Assembly: GCA_965231915.1 (NCBI GenBank)
Contig: OZ246892.1
Coordinates: 2,699,247-2,763,246 of the forward strand
Source: Acidimicrobiales bacterium
Lineage (GTDB): Bacteria > Actinomycetota > Acidimicrobiia > Acidimicrobiales > Bin134
DNA length: 64,000 bases
Direction: 5' to 3'
Position numbers and translations under genes: made by a program. The notes beneath the pieces are model-generated. The model saw only the letters and a list, made by a program, of their open reading frames with translations, made no database searches and was not told where the DNA came from. Position 1 is the first letter of the stretch, and every line of letters begins with the position of its first letter. Below are positions 1 through 14,816 of the stretch, one piece after another.

Positions 1-674
1 GGATTAGCGGTCAACGCGTCCTGGGCCAAGCGGAGGCCCTCTTCAGCGGTGAAACTGTTGGCACTCTGGTTGAACACCACGTCGATTCCGGGGTTGGCCT
101 CCATGGTGTGCTCGAAGCCCTCGCGGCGCTTCTCCACGTACTCGCTGGCACCCGGCCCGCCGATGCGGGCTATCTTGCCCGATCCGCCGAGCTGCTCGAC
201 CATCCACTCGCTCTGCTTGGTGCCCTCAACGCCCCAGTCGGTGCCGATGAAGCCGATCTCCGGAGCGGCCTGCTGCACGCTGTCGCCGGTGGACAGCATG
301 GGAATGCCAGCGGCCGCGGCGGCCTCATAGGCGGGAATGAGCGCTTGGCGGTCGCCAGGCGAGGCGATGATGAGGTCGACCCCCTGGGTCACGAAGTCCT
401 CGATCTGAGCTACTTGGTCTTCGATCACGTAGGCGGCGTCGGCCGCGACGAAATTCCAGCAGTTGTCGGCGCCGAAGTCTCTCAGGCCGGCCTCGAGGTC
501 GCGGAAGTACAAGATGAAGGTGGCCAAGTTGGCGTACCGCACCTCATAGGTTTCCTCACAGCCTCCATCACCGGACGCGGCGTCGTCGTCATCGTCGTTG
601 CCGCATGCCGATACAACCAGCCCAAAGGCCAGAAGCAGGGCTAACAGCTTGAACAACAGGTGTTTGGTTTTCAT
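1..674 (-). CDS. Sugar ABC transporter substrate-binding lipoprotein (C-terminal part lies beyond the window start)
   Basis: Not in the ORF track because no stop falls in the window. Manual minus-strand translation from the ATG at 674 gives MKTKHLLFKLLALLLAFGLVVSACGNDDDD..., a signal peptide plus lipobox Cys. It continues with periplasmic-binding-protein type I sequence (DFVTQGVDLIIASPGD, AAAAAGIPMLSTGD). It lies 20 nt downstream of the permease gene on the same strand. Confidence 0.8.
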   Translation of the reverse strand, partial: MKTKHLLFKLLALLLAFGLVVSACGNDDDDDAASGDGGCEETYEVRYANLATFILYFRDLEAGLRDFGADNCWNFVAADAAYVIEDQVAQIEDFVTQGVDLIIASPGDRQALIPAYEAAAAAGIPMLSTGDSVQQAAPEIGFIGTDWGVEGTKQSEWMVEQLGGSGKIARIGGPGASEYVEKRREGFEHTMEANPGIDVVFNQSANSFTAEEGLRLAQDALTAN

Positions 675-693
675 TTTGTTCCCCTCCGGGTTT

Positions 694-1839
694 CTATGGT
701 TGCTCCGGAGCCGACCGGGCCGACTGCTCGGCCTGCTCGGCTACTTGGAGTTCTTGGTCGCCCGATCGGGCCGATTGCTCGGCCTCCTCGATGGCGCGGC
801 GTTCTTCATCGAGTTCGTGCTCAACTTCGACTTCGATGGCGGTGTCCTCGCTCCGGTTGGCCCATCGCTCAAGGTAACGGCGCAAGAACTGCGAGGTCAT
901 AGCCAATACGAACACGACGCCGAGCCATACGTCCTGCATGTTGGACGAAACGTTTAGCAAGTTGAGGCTGTTGCGGATAACCCCGATCAGCAGCACGCCG
1001 GCAAGCGTGCGGGGAATCGAACCTCGCCCTCCGAACAGATTGGTGCCGCCCAGCACAACAGCCGCCACCGCGTACAGCTCGGTGAGAACCGCGGCATTGG
1101 GCTGGCCGACGTTGACCCTCCCCAGCAAGGTGAAGCCTCCAACGGCAACGGCGAGGCCCCCCAGTACGAAGACCGTGACCCGCACCCGGGTGACGTTGAT
1201 GCCGGCCCGCCGGGCGGCTTCGGCATTGCCCCCCACGGCGTAGATCCGCAGTCCGAACCGGGAATAGCGCAGGATGATGTGGTAGACGACGCCGAGGCCC
1301 AGCGCCACCCAAATGGGCATCCGCAAGCCGATGAACTCCCCGCTCCACCACGCCTTCCAGCCACCGGGGAGGTTGCCCACGGTGTTGCCCGCGGTGATCT
1401 CCCGAGCCAAGCCCCGGGCCATGATCAGCAATCCCAGGGTGGTGATGAACGAAGGGACTTTGAGCACCGCGGTAATGAGCCCGTTGAACAGCCCTGCGGC
1501 TATTCCTACGCCCGCCCCGGCCAGCAGACCGAGCACAATGCTGTTGTTGCGCACCATGGTCTCGGCCGCCACCACCCCGATCAGGGCCAGCACCGACCCC
1601 TGGGACAGATCCAGTTCGGCGGTGATGATCACCAGGGTCATTCCGAAAGCCGCGCAAGCCAAGAACGAGGTTTGCAGCAGGATGTTCTGGAGATTTCCGG
1701 TGGTCAAGAACACGTCGGACTTGACAGTCATCACCGCGCCCAGGATGACAACCACAAAGATGGCGAATCCGGCCTCCACCACCCGGGGAATAGCGACCCG
1801 GATCTTGTCCCAGCCCATGGCGGCCGCGGGCTGGGTCAC
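694..1839 (-). CDS. Sugar (ribose/CUT2-type) ABC transporter permease with an acidic C-terminal tail
   Basis: 381-aa polytopic protein with RbsC/AraH-family signatures (GMTLVIITAELDLSQGS, RIYAVGGNAEAARRAGINV, VVLGGTNLFGGRGS). Its start overlaps the upstream creatininase-family gene stop. Confidence 0.9.
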   Translation of the reverse strand: MTQPAAAMGWDKIRVAIPRVVEAGFAIFVVVILGAVMTVKSDVFLTTGNLQNILLQTSFLACAAFGMTLVIITAELDLSQGSVLALIGVVAAETMVRNNSIVLGLLAGAGVGIAAGLFNGLITAVLKVPSFITTLGLLIMARGLAREITAGNTVGNLPGGWKAWWSGEFIGLRMPIWVALGLGVVYHIILRYSRFGLRIYAVGGNAEAARRAGINVTRVRVTVFVLGGLAVAVGGFTLLGRVNVGQPNAAVLTELYAVAAVVLGGTNLFGGRGSIPRTLAGVLLIGVIRNSLNLLNVSSNMQDVWLGVVFVLAMTSQFLRRYLERWANRSEDTAIEVEVEHELDEERRAIEEAEQSARSGDQELQVAEQAEQSARSAPEQP

Positions 1840-2603
1840 GGGGCCACCCGCTGTTTCGACCGGCTGCGATGATCTGCCATTCCCCCGACCACCAGGCTGA
1901 CCAACGCGTCGAGGTAAAGCTCCCCGGCTTCGGCAGTGGCCCCTCGGGGATCGCCGATGACCCCAACCGGAGAAAGGGCGGCCATGCCCTCGGAACGCAG
2001 CTTGGCGCTGGCCGAGGTTGCCGGCCCGACGTGGCCAGCAACTGCTGATGCCATATCCACCAGATCAGGGGCGATGGCCAGCAAGATGCTGGTCTCGAAG
2101 TGCCCGCCGTGGGTTCCCACCAGTTCACGGTCCAATCCAAGCTGGTCCTCGGCCACCCTATGAACGGCATCCCTTTGGGCGGGCCAGTCGTCGAACGACA
2201 CCACCCGGCTCCGTACGGCGGAATCCAACTCAGCCATGACCGCGGCCATCGCCCCAACGTTCCCAGCATGGCCGGTCACCAGATAGGCACCCCGGAAACC
2301 GTGGCCGAGCAGCGTTTGGGCCACTTCGACAACCACGCTCTTGAGGGTTTTGTCGCTCAGGCTGGCTGTGCCGGGAAATGCCAGATGGTGGCTGGAGGCA
2401 CCCACCGGAATGCAGGGTGATACCACGCACTCCCCCGCCCTATGGGCCGCTCGGTCGGCCACTGCCTCGGCGATGAGGGAGTCGGTGTCCAGGGGAAGAT
2501 GAGGACCGTGCTGCTCGAGAGCGCCCAGAGGGATCACCACGTCCAGCGGGCCCTGCTTGAGCCGCTCACGCAGTGCCGTCCAGCTCATCTCTCCTAGATT
2601 CAC
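1836..2603 (-). CDS. Creatininase (creatinine amidohydrolase) family protein
   Basis: 255 aa. The N-terminus VVIPLGALEQHGPHLPLDTDSLIAEAV and the later GHAGN and THGGHFETS motifs are typical of the creatininase/MftE family. Confidence 0.85.
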   Translation of the reverse strand: MNLGEMSWTALRERLKQGPLDVVIPLGALEQHGPHLPLDTDSLIAEAVADRAAHRAGECVVSPCIPVGASSHHLAFPGTASLSDKTLKSVVVEVAQTLLGHGFRGAYLVTGHAGNVGAMAAVMAELDSAVRSRVVSFDDWPAQRDAVHRVAEDQLGLDRELVGTHGGHFETSILLAIAPDLVDMASAVAGHVGPATSASAKLRSEGMAALSPVGVIGDPRGATAEAGELYLDALVSLVVGGMADHRSRSKQRVAP

Positions 2604-2610
2604 GGGCGCC

Positions 2611-3096
2611 TCAGAGGTTGGTAAGTGTGGAGTCGAGATAAGTGGGCTTCTGCGGGCGACCGGCTCCTATGACCACCTGCACCAAAGCTTCCTCATCGGT
2701 GTGGTTGCGCAAACCGTGCATGATTCCGGCCGGGCTGCAGATCATCTCCCGTTCTCTCAGGACCGTATCGACGATCCGCCCGTCATCATCCTCCCACCAC
2801 GCAGTGAGTTCTCCCTTGACCACGAAGAAGACCTCTTCTACCTCGTGGGCATGCGACGGGGCCTCGGCACCAGGGGGCATCATCATCACCGACAAAGTGA
2901 AATTGTTGGCCGTCACGGTTCCGGGCTCGTAGTGCTTGCCAGTGATGCTCGCCCCCACCATTCGGACATGGGCCCGCCGGTACTCTTCCTTCAGATCTCC
3001 CTGAGCGGCAAAAGGCTCCCAGTCCAGTTCCTTGCTTCCGTACCTCTGGACGTGTTCGGAGAACTCGGCATCAGTGAATTGACTCGCCATGTTCAT
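2611..3096 (-). CDS. Cupin domain protein
   Basis: 161 aa with a cupin metal-binding pattern (PSHAHEVEEVFFVVKGEL ... GIMHGLRN). Confidence 0.8.
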   Translation of the reverse strand: MNMASQFTDAEFSEHVQRYGSKELDWEPFAAQGDLKEEYRRAHVRMVGASITGKHYEPGTVTANNFTLSVMMMPPGAEAPSHAHEVEEVFFVVKGELTAWWEDDDGRIVDTVLREREMICSPAGIMHGLRNHTDEEALVQVVIGAGRPQKPTYLDSTLTNL

Positions 3097-3161
3097 CCCT
3101 CCCCCCCATTTGCTTAAGCGCTCGGTATCTTAGTTCCAAAGTTTTGTCGCTGCTCAGGGGC

Positions 3162-4085
3162 TCAAGAAATGAGCTGGCGCTGTCGGGCAAGGGTCACTGC
3201 AAAGCCGGGTCGGGTAGGGGCGATGAGGATGCCGCTGGCCTGGACTTCTTCGGGCGAACCCTGGCGTCGGATCGGCGGGGACAGGGTGATCGGTTGGGTT
3301 GTTGTCAGCTCCATTATCAGGCCAGCGGCTCCTTGGCTGAGGTCCAATGCTTCGGATCCCTGTCGAGCGGGCCCGAAGCCGGCCACCGCACGGCGACGCA
3401 GCAAGATGGGATCTTGGACCGCGAGGTGGTCGTGGAGCACGACGCCAGCGGGAACGAAGACCAGCCACCGCTTCGTGAGCGAGTAAAGCGAGCGGGTTGC
3501 GAACACCGCCAGGGTCCCGCCTACCGCCGTGATGACTGCTCCCAGTACCCATTGCTCGGCCGCCAGCAGCAAGGGTCCGCTGACTGTGCCGCCGACCGCG
3601 ATCGCGGCCGTTGCCGGCAGCGGCCCGGCCAACAGCAGCGCCGACGGTCGCAGCAAGAGGCGGACTTCGTCGCCATAGGAAATACCGTTCACAAACACCT
3701 GGCCCACCGGCGCGCTCAGCAATACCGCGGCCACCCCGGCAGTGATGGCCACTACTAGCGCAACCTCACCCCAGTCAGCATCACCCCTGCCGGCCCACAA
3801 CAAAGCCGCCACCGCGGCCGGCAACGCCAGCCGGACCAGAACCAGCGTCACCGGGTGAATCAGCAAGGAACCCACCAGCACACCGGCCCACAGCACCCAG
3901 AGCCCCACCGACGCCGTTGACCGCCAGGCCGCCGAGGTCTCGTGCAGCCCATCGGCCAACACCGGCCCCGCGGTGAACGGCAACGCCGCCCACCACACTC
4001 GCACGACCCAAACCCAGGCCCGATCCCCCCAAAGACCTCTCACCCTCCCCACTACAGCATCTCCCCTATCCCAACCCAAACCCAC
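3162..4085 (-). CDS. Hypothetical polytopic membrane protein with a soluble C-terminal domain
   Basis: 307-aa ORF with several hydrophobic helices (W/L/A/V-rich) followed by a roughly 100-aa soluble tail. I recognise no family. Confidence 0.55.
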   Translation of the reverse strand: MGLGWDRGDAVVGRVRGLWGDRAWVWVVRVWWAALPFTAGPVLADGLHETSAAWRSTASVGLWVLWAGVLVGSLLIHPVTLVLVRLALPAAVAALLWAGRGDADWGEVALVVAITAGVAAVLLSAPVGQVFVNGISYGDEVRLLLRPSALLLAGPLPATAAIAVGGTVSGPLLLAAEQWVLGAVITAVGGTLAVFATRSLYSLTKRWLVFVPAGVVLHDHLAVQDPILLRRRAVAGFGPARQGSEALDLSQGAAGLIMELTTTQPITLSPPIRRQGSPEEVQASGILIAPTRPGFAVTLARQRQLIS

Positions 4086-4118
4086 CTTGGCTCGGTCTTC
4101 GCACGCGAAACGCGAAGA

Positions 4119-4541
4119 CTAGGGACTGTCGAGAACAAGGTTGAAGGGGATGCCGCCAGAGAGGCGGTAGGTGTTGAATCCCCTGCGGTCCAGAGTCAGG
4201 ATTTCGGATGTAGCAAGTTCCTCCGCCAGCAGGACAAGGGTGGCATCGGCGAAGTCCATAGGAGTATCGGCATATCGCTGCATCAGCGCGACTGCATCGC
4301 GGATGTCTGAAGGCTCGCAAAGGCCGAATATGCGCATTCCGCTCTGAGAAATGAACTCGCTGAGAGCAGGTGCACCGTTGCGAGCCCGGCGGAGGAAGTG
4401 CATGGCTTCGGTGACCACTGCGGCTGTGGTCGCCAGAACGCCTGCGTAGCTGTCTAATGCCTCGCCCACCCGGTCATGCTCGACCTCGCCAGAATCGAGG
4501 TAGGAAACCAGTGGCCCAGTGTCAATCAGCCAAATGTTCAC
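4119..4541 (-). CDS. vapC: PIN-domain ribonuclease toxin (VapC-like)
   Basis: 140 aa. The N-terminal IWLIDTGPLVSYLD and the later DFADATLVLLAEE match PIN-domain acidic motifs. There is a 4-nt overlap with the upstream RHH antitoxin ORF. Confidence 0.8.
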   Translation of the reverse strand: MNIWLIDTGPLVSYLDSGEVEHDRVGEALDSYAGVLATTAAVVTEAMHFLRRARNGAPALSEFISQSGMRIFGLCEPSDIRDAVALMQRYADTPMDFADATLVLLAEELATSEILTLDRRGFNTYRLSGGIPFNLVLDSP

Positions 4542-4786
4542 GAGCGCCAGTTATGGGCGCGAATTTCGGATTGCCAGCGATCTTCGGTTGCATCGGCAAG
4601 CTCGGTCTGGATCGAGCCACGGAGGCGGCCGATCCGCTCGCCCAAGGGGCTTGGATCCACAGCCTCCCGCAGCGCCTCGCGCACGATTTCTGAGACCGAA
4701 GTGCCCAAAAGTTCAGCTCGACGGACAGCCGCGTCCCACAATTCGGTCTCGACTCGCACGGCCATCAACTTCGTACCCATGCGCAT
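4538..4786 (-). CDS. vapB: Ribbon-helix-helix (CopG/VapB-like) antitoxin
   Basis: MAVRVETELWDAAVRRAELLGTSVSEIVREALREAV is a typical RHH fold sequence, and the ORF overlaps the vapC start. The start is uncertain: ATGs at 4786, 4780 and 4765 are all in frame. The track ORF start at 4885 looks too long. Confidence 0.7.
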   Translation of the reverse strand: MRMGTKLMAVRVETELWDAAVRRAELLGTSVSEIVREALREAVDPSPLGERIGRLRGSIQTELADATEDRWQSEIRAHNWRS

Positions 4787-4958
4787 ATAGCGTACAACAC
4801 TCGTATAACAACCGTGCCGAGAATTGGTGAAGTGTCCCCAACGCCCGCAACGATCCCCCGCCGGTGTTCCCCGCAAGGACGCCAAGTCAAACTACAACGA
4901 CCTATGTCAGCCTTTGCGGGCAAAGTCGCTCTCACATGACGGGAAGACCGCCCATGTG

Positions 4959-5165
4959 TCAAGATAACTTGAGAACGTGGATCCCGTAATCCTGGAAAGC
5001 GCCCGAAAGCACGGGATCTCTGACCAACGTATGCTGCACGCCTGCCACAACCCGATCCGAGTCTTTAGAGACGATGACCTGGTCGTCCTCATTGGGGGCG
5101 ACCAAGCCGCTCGGTGGCTTGAAATCGGAGTAACAGTGGGTGACGGCATCTAGTTCGTTGTCCAC
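4959..5165 (-). CDS. Small hypothetical protein (68 aa from a GTG start)
   Basis: The C-terminal part of track ORF 4959-5384 reads protein-like (VDNELDAVTHCYSDFKPPSGLVAPNEDDQVIVSKDSDRVVAGVQHTLVRDPVLSGAFQDYGIHVLKLS). An in-frame GTG lies at 5165. The longer version would overlap the better-supported plus-strand ORF at 5195. No family recognised. Confidence 0.25.
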   Translation of the reverse strand: MDNELDAVTHCYSDFKPPSGLVAPNEDDQVIVSKDSDRVVAGVQHTLVRDPVLSGAFQDYGIHVLKLS

Positions 5166-5194
5166 GCTATGCCAGCGAGACCAAGATTCCTGGA

Positions 5195-5488
5195 GTGAAT
5201 ACCATGCCCAGATCCATTCAAGACATCCTTGAGCACGCAGACGAACTCGCCCAACGGTTCGAAGACTACGAACCATCGGAAGGCGATGAGGTGCCTTTGG
5301 AGGAGTACTTGCTGAAGAGGGCGGTGATGGCCCGGGCTCGCTGCGAAGGCCAGATCGTGGAAGCCGTTGCTGCGGCCCGGTCAAGGGGAATCACCTGGAA
5401 CCAGATCGGGGAGTTGTTGGGCACCTCACCGCAGGCTGCCCAGCAGCGATACGGCATGCTCATTGAGCAGACCCAAGCGAAGCTCTGA
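5195..5488 (+). CDS. Small helix-turn-helix protein
   Basis: 97 aa. The C-terminal GITWNQIGELLGTSPQAAQQRYG looks like a sigma-70 region-4/Myb-like HTH. The composition is clean and protein-like. Its stop overlaps the ATG of the exonuclease remnant (TGATG). Confidence 0.6.
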   Translation: MNTMPRSIQDILEHADELAQRFEDYEPSEGDEVPLEEYLLKRAVMARARCEGQIVEAVAAARSRGITWNQIGELLGTSPQAAQQRYGMLIEQTQAKL

Positions 5489-5607
5489 TGGCCGCACCCC
5501 ATGAAGCAGGCGTCTCCTTCGCAGCCATCGACTTCAAGACTGCCACTGCCCAACGTTCCTCCGCCTGCGCATTGGGGGTAGCAGTGGTTGATGCCGGGAG
5601 CATCTAA
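5488..5607 (+). pseudogene. Truncated N-terminal remnant of a DnaQ-like 3'-5' exonuclease
   Basis: Manual translation gives MAAPHEAGVSFAAIDFKTATAQRSSACALGVAVVDAGSI*. It resembles the ExoI region of DEDD exonuclease-domain proteins (..AIDFET.N...SAC.iG.v.V..G.i). The conserved Glu is Lys here and the frame stops after 39 codons. Downstream sequence does not continue the family in any frame I could read. Confidence 0.45.
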
Positions 5608-5837
5608 TGCTATTGCCCAAGATGCGAAAAGAGGAAAGGAAGAGTCCGGCCGACTCGTTGTTCCAGAGTGGCATCCTAGACCGACTTCGATTGAACAATT
5701 GTTGACAGACATGATGGGTGCTGACGCGACCACAGCTATGGAAAGGGTGTTCACCCACGTCGCTGGTCCCGAAGAGGCTGAGTTGCTGACCTCCGCCTAC
5801 AAGATGGAACTGTCACTGGTGTCGGTAGACTGGTGGC

Positions 5838-11949
<6,112 letters not shown>

Positions 11950-11966
11950 CCTTTGGGGAGATCCTC

Positions 11967-12614
11967 TTGATCGAAGCAGTGTTCTGGGATTTCGGCGGGG
12001 TGTTCACCGTCTCGCCGTTCTATCTCGACGACTATGCCCGCTCGCTGGGCACCACCAACGACCGGTTGTTGGAGCATGTGTTCGGGCGATACGAAGCCAA
12101 CGGCGACCATCCCTGGCACCGCCTCGAACGCGGTGAGGGGACCCTGGCTGAAGCACTGGAGGCAGCGGACGAATCTTGCCGGGCTGACGGCATCGAGGGA
12201 TTCACCTTCGATGGGTTCTTCAAGGCCATGTCGGGCACCACCAGCGAAGAACGACGTGACCAGGCAGTGGCCAAGGTGCGGGAGTTGAACGAAGCGGGTA
12301 TCAGACAGGCCATCATCACCAACAACGCCAAAGAGTTCGGCGACATGTGGCGCCAGCTCATCCCGGTGGACGAACTGTTCGAGGCGGTGATCGACTCCAG
12401 CGCAGTGGGCATGCGCAAGCCCGACCCGAGGATCTACCAACTGGCCCTTGAGCGCATGGACATATCCCGCCCTGAATTGAGCGCCTTCTTGGACGATTTT
12501 GAGCCAAATGTGACCGCGGCCCGGGACCTCGGGATGCACGGTGTGCTGGTAGGAGATGACATCGTTCCCGCCTTGGCCGAACTCGACCAGATTTTGGCTG
12601 AATTTACGGCTTGA
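11967..12614 (+). CDS. HAD superfamily hydrolase (subfamily IA-like)
   Basis: Motif I is AVFWDFGGV; later motifs are IITNN and a LDDF-type motif. The track ORF starts at 11787 inside the upstream gene. A TTG at 11967 preceded by GGGGAG is the first plausible start after the upstream stop at 11949. Confidence 0.8.
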   Translation: MIEAVFWDFGGVFTVSPFYLDDYARSLGTTNDRLLEHVFGRYEANGDHPWHRLERGEGTLAEALEAADESCRADGIEGFTFDGFFKAMSGTTSEERRDQAVAKVRELNEAGIRQAIITNNAKEFGDMWRQLIPVDELFEAVIDSSAVGMRKPDPRIYQLALERMDISRPELSAFLDDFEPNVTAARDLGMHGVLVGDDIVPALAELDQILAEFTA

Positions 12615-12676
12615 CCCTGTAGCTATCTGCCATAAGACTGTCGCTCTGGAGGGGCGTCAGAAGGGGAGTCGCGGGC

Positions 12677-13609
12677 GTGCACATGAATCTGCTCAGTCGA
12701 ACCGCCACCGCGCCCATTAGCTGGGGCGTGTGCGAGATGCCCGGCTGGGGATACCAGCTTCCCGCCGAGGCTGTGCTCGCGGAGATGCACGAGGCGGGAT
12801 TCACCCATACCGAGCTGGGGTCGCTCGGCTATCTGCCCACAAACCCCAGCGAGCTGGGCGCATTACTCGATCGCCACAGCCTGTCGCTGCTCGGGGGTTT
12901 CGTGCCCCTGGTACTGCACGATCCTTCCAAAGCCGAGGACACGCTCGCTTCAGCCATCGAAGCCGCGTCCTTGATCTCTGGTGGAGGCGGCCAATTCTTC
13001 GTCTCCTGCGCAGTAAGCCATCTCGATGACTGGCGCCAAACCCCACTGGCCGATCACGAATGGCCGATCATGGCCGACACGCTCGCCGAAGTAGACCGGA
13101 TTGCCTCCGGCCACGGCCTCACCCAGGCGCTCCACCCCCACTTTGGCTGCCTGGTGGAGACCGCCACCGAAACCGAGCGCATCTTGGAGGTCATCGACAC
13201 CGCACTGGTGCTCGACACTGCCCACATGCTTCTCGGGGGCGCCGACGTCGTGGACACGGCCAAGCGCTACTTGGATCGCATCGCACTCGTACACATCAAA
13301 GACGTTGATCTGGGTATCGCAGCCCAGGTCACGGCGGGAGAGCTGTCGCTCATGCAGGGCGTACAGCGGGGTTTGTTCCCGCCATTAGGTCAGGGAGGGT
13401 TGCCGATCGCCGAGATCGTCGACCTCCTTGAAAAGTCAGGACGCGACCTCTGGTACGTCTTGGAGCAGGATGCAGCGATAGCAGAGGGTGATCCCTCTGC
13501 CATAGCTCGGCTGAGGTTCGACGCCTGCCAGAGCATCGATTTCCTGCGAAGTCTGGAACCCGTATCTGCGAGTGCCGGAACCTCACAAACCAAACAACAC
13601 CTACCTTGA
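12677..13609 (+). CDS. iolE: Inosose dehydratase-like sugar phosphate isomerase/epimerase (IolE-like TIM barrel)
   Basis: APISWGVCE near the N-terminus, then HPHFG, LDTAHM, VHIKD, PLGQGGLP and WYVLEQD. These parallel the conserved blocks of Bacillus IolE as I recall them. The gene sits at the head of the iol cluster. Confidence 0.75.
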   Translation: MHMNLLSRTATAPISWGVCEMPGWGYQLPAEAVLAEMHEAGFTHTELGSLGYLPTNPSELGALLDRHSLSLLGGFVPLVLHDPSKAEDTLASAIEAASLISGGGGQFFVSCAVSHLDDWRQTPLADHEWPIMADTLAEVDRIASGHGLTQALHPHFGCLVETATETERILEVIDTALVLDTAHMLLGGADVVDTAKRYLDRIALVHIKDVDLGIAAQVTAGELSLMQGVQRGLFPPLGQGGLPIAEIVDLLEKSGRDLWYVLEQDAAIAEGDPSAIARLRFDACQSIDFLRSLEPVSASAGTSQTKQHLP

Positions 13610-13625
13610 GAGGGGTAACCCAACA

Positions 13626-14666
13626 ATGAGAAAGCCATGGAAGCTATTTGCATTGCTCCTAGCGTTCACGCTCGTAGTCGCGGCATGCGGCAACGACGAC
13701 GACACCAGCGAGCCCGCACCCAGCGAGCCTACGGAAGCAGCGGCACCCGCCACTGAAGCACCAGCACCGACCGAGGCCGTGGAAGTCGACCCAGCCCAGG
13801 GCTGCGACCACACTTTCCACGTCATCACCCACGGTGACTCCGGCACCTTCTGGTCGGTGGTCGAGGTGGCCGTACGCGACGCCGCCGCAGCCATCGGCTG
13901 TGACGTGGTCTACTTCGGCTCCAACAACGACGCCTTGAGGCAAGCCCAAGAGATTGAGGCGGCCATCGCTGCCGGCTCCAGCGGCATCGCCATCTCGTTG
14001 GCCGACCCGGCCGGCGTTCAGTCGGCTGCTGAAGCTGTGGTTGCCGCGGGCATCCCGCTGTACACGCTCAACTCAGGCGTGAACAACTACAAGGACCTGG
14101 GCGCTACCACCCATATCGGCCAGACCGAGACGGTGGCCGGAAACGGTGCCGGCGAGCGGTTCAACGCCCTAGGTGCCACTCACGTGCTCTGCGCCCGCCA
14201 GGAGCAGACCAACGTGGCGCTGGAAGAGCGCTGCAATGGCTTGGCCGAGACCTTCAGCGGCCAGGTGACCTCGGAGTTCGTCGGTCTCGACGCCACTCCC
14301 GATGAGCAGCAGAACACCATCGCCGCCATCCTTCAAGGCGACGAAAGCATCGACGGCGTGCTCGGCGTCGGTCCGAACCTGCCCTTGCGTGCCCTCGCGG
14401 CCGGTGAGCAAGCCGGTAGGGACCTCATCATCGGCGGCTTCGACCTGTCCAGCGACCTCATCGATCAGATCGAGGAAGGCAACGTGGCCTTCACCGTCGA
14501 CCAGCAGCAGTACCTCCAGGGATATCTGCCGGTCATCTTGATGTACCTGCAAGCCACCAACCTGAATACCGCAGGCGGCGGCCTGCCCATCCTCACCGGT
14601 CCGGGCTTCGTCGACACCGCCAACGCGGCGGAAGTCAAGGCTCTGGTTTCCGACGGAACCCGCTAA
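13626..14666 (+). CDS. Sugar (inositol?) ABC transporter substrate-binding lipoprotein
   Basis: MRKPWKLFALLLAFTLVVAACGNDDD gives a lipobox, followed by periplasmic binding protein type I sequence. The ATG at 13626 is preceded by GAGAGGGG. The track start at 13572 overlaps iolE. Confidence 0.85.
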   Translation: MRKPWKLFALLLAFTLVVAACGNDDDTSEPAPSEPTEAAAPATEAPAPTEAVEVDPAQGCDHTFHVITHGDSGTFWSVVEVAVRDAAAAIGCDVVYFGSNNDALRQAQEIEAAIAAGSSGIAISLADPAGVQSAAEAVVAAGIPLYTLNSGVNNYKDLGATTHIGQTETVAGNGAGERFNALGATHVLCARQEQTNVALEERCNGLAETFSGQVTSEFVGLDATPDEQQNTIAAILQGDESIDGVLGVGPNLPLRALAAGEQAGRDLIIGGFDLSSDLIDQIEEGNVAFTVDQQQYLQGYLPVILMYLQATNLNTAGGGLPILTGPGFVDTANAAEVKALVSDGTR

Positions 14667-14712
14667 AACCCAAGAACCTGAACTGCGACGCTGAGCGTGT
14701 CGCAGACAAGCG

Positions 14713-14756
14713 AGGAGCGCTGTCCGGGTATCCGGGCAGCGCTCCTTTCGTTTCGT
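14713..14756 (+). terminator. GC-rich hairpin plus T-rich tract between the binding-protein and permease genes (intra-operon attenuator/terminator)
   Basis: AGGAGCGCTG (14713-14722) pairs perfectly with CAGCGCTCCT (14737-14746). Additional CCGG/CCGG pairing lies inside the stem. TTTCGTTTCG follows. Confidence 0.5.
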
Positions 14757-14816
14757 CTAAAGTCAACTAAATTCACTAGTCGGGTATATCGCCCAGGTTG
14801 AGAGGGGGGGACTCTC

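Noticed and set aside
869-2269. 466-aa minus-strand ORF overlapping the permease and creatininase-family genes
   Set aside because: It is an alternative frame of well-supported genes. The translation is Arg/Gly/Pro/Trp-rich with no motifs, which is typical of the spurious long ORFs that high-GC DNA produces.
4095-4119. 8-bp hairpin (GTCTTCGC/GCGAAGAC) just after the vapC stop, considered as a terminator
   Set aside because: The stem is short, no U-tract follows on the minus strand, and it overlaps the stop codon. The support is too weak to call.
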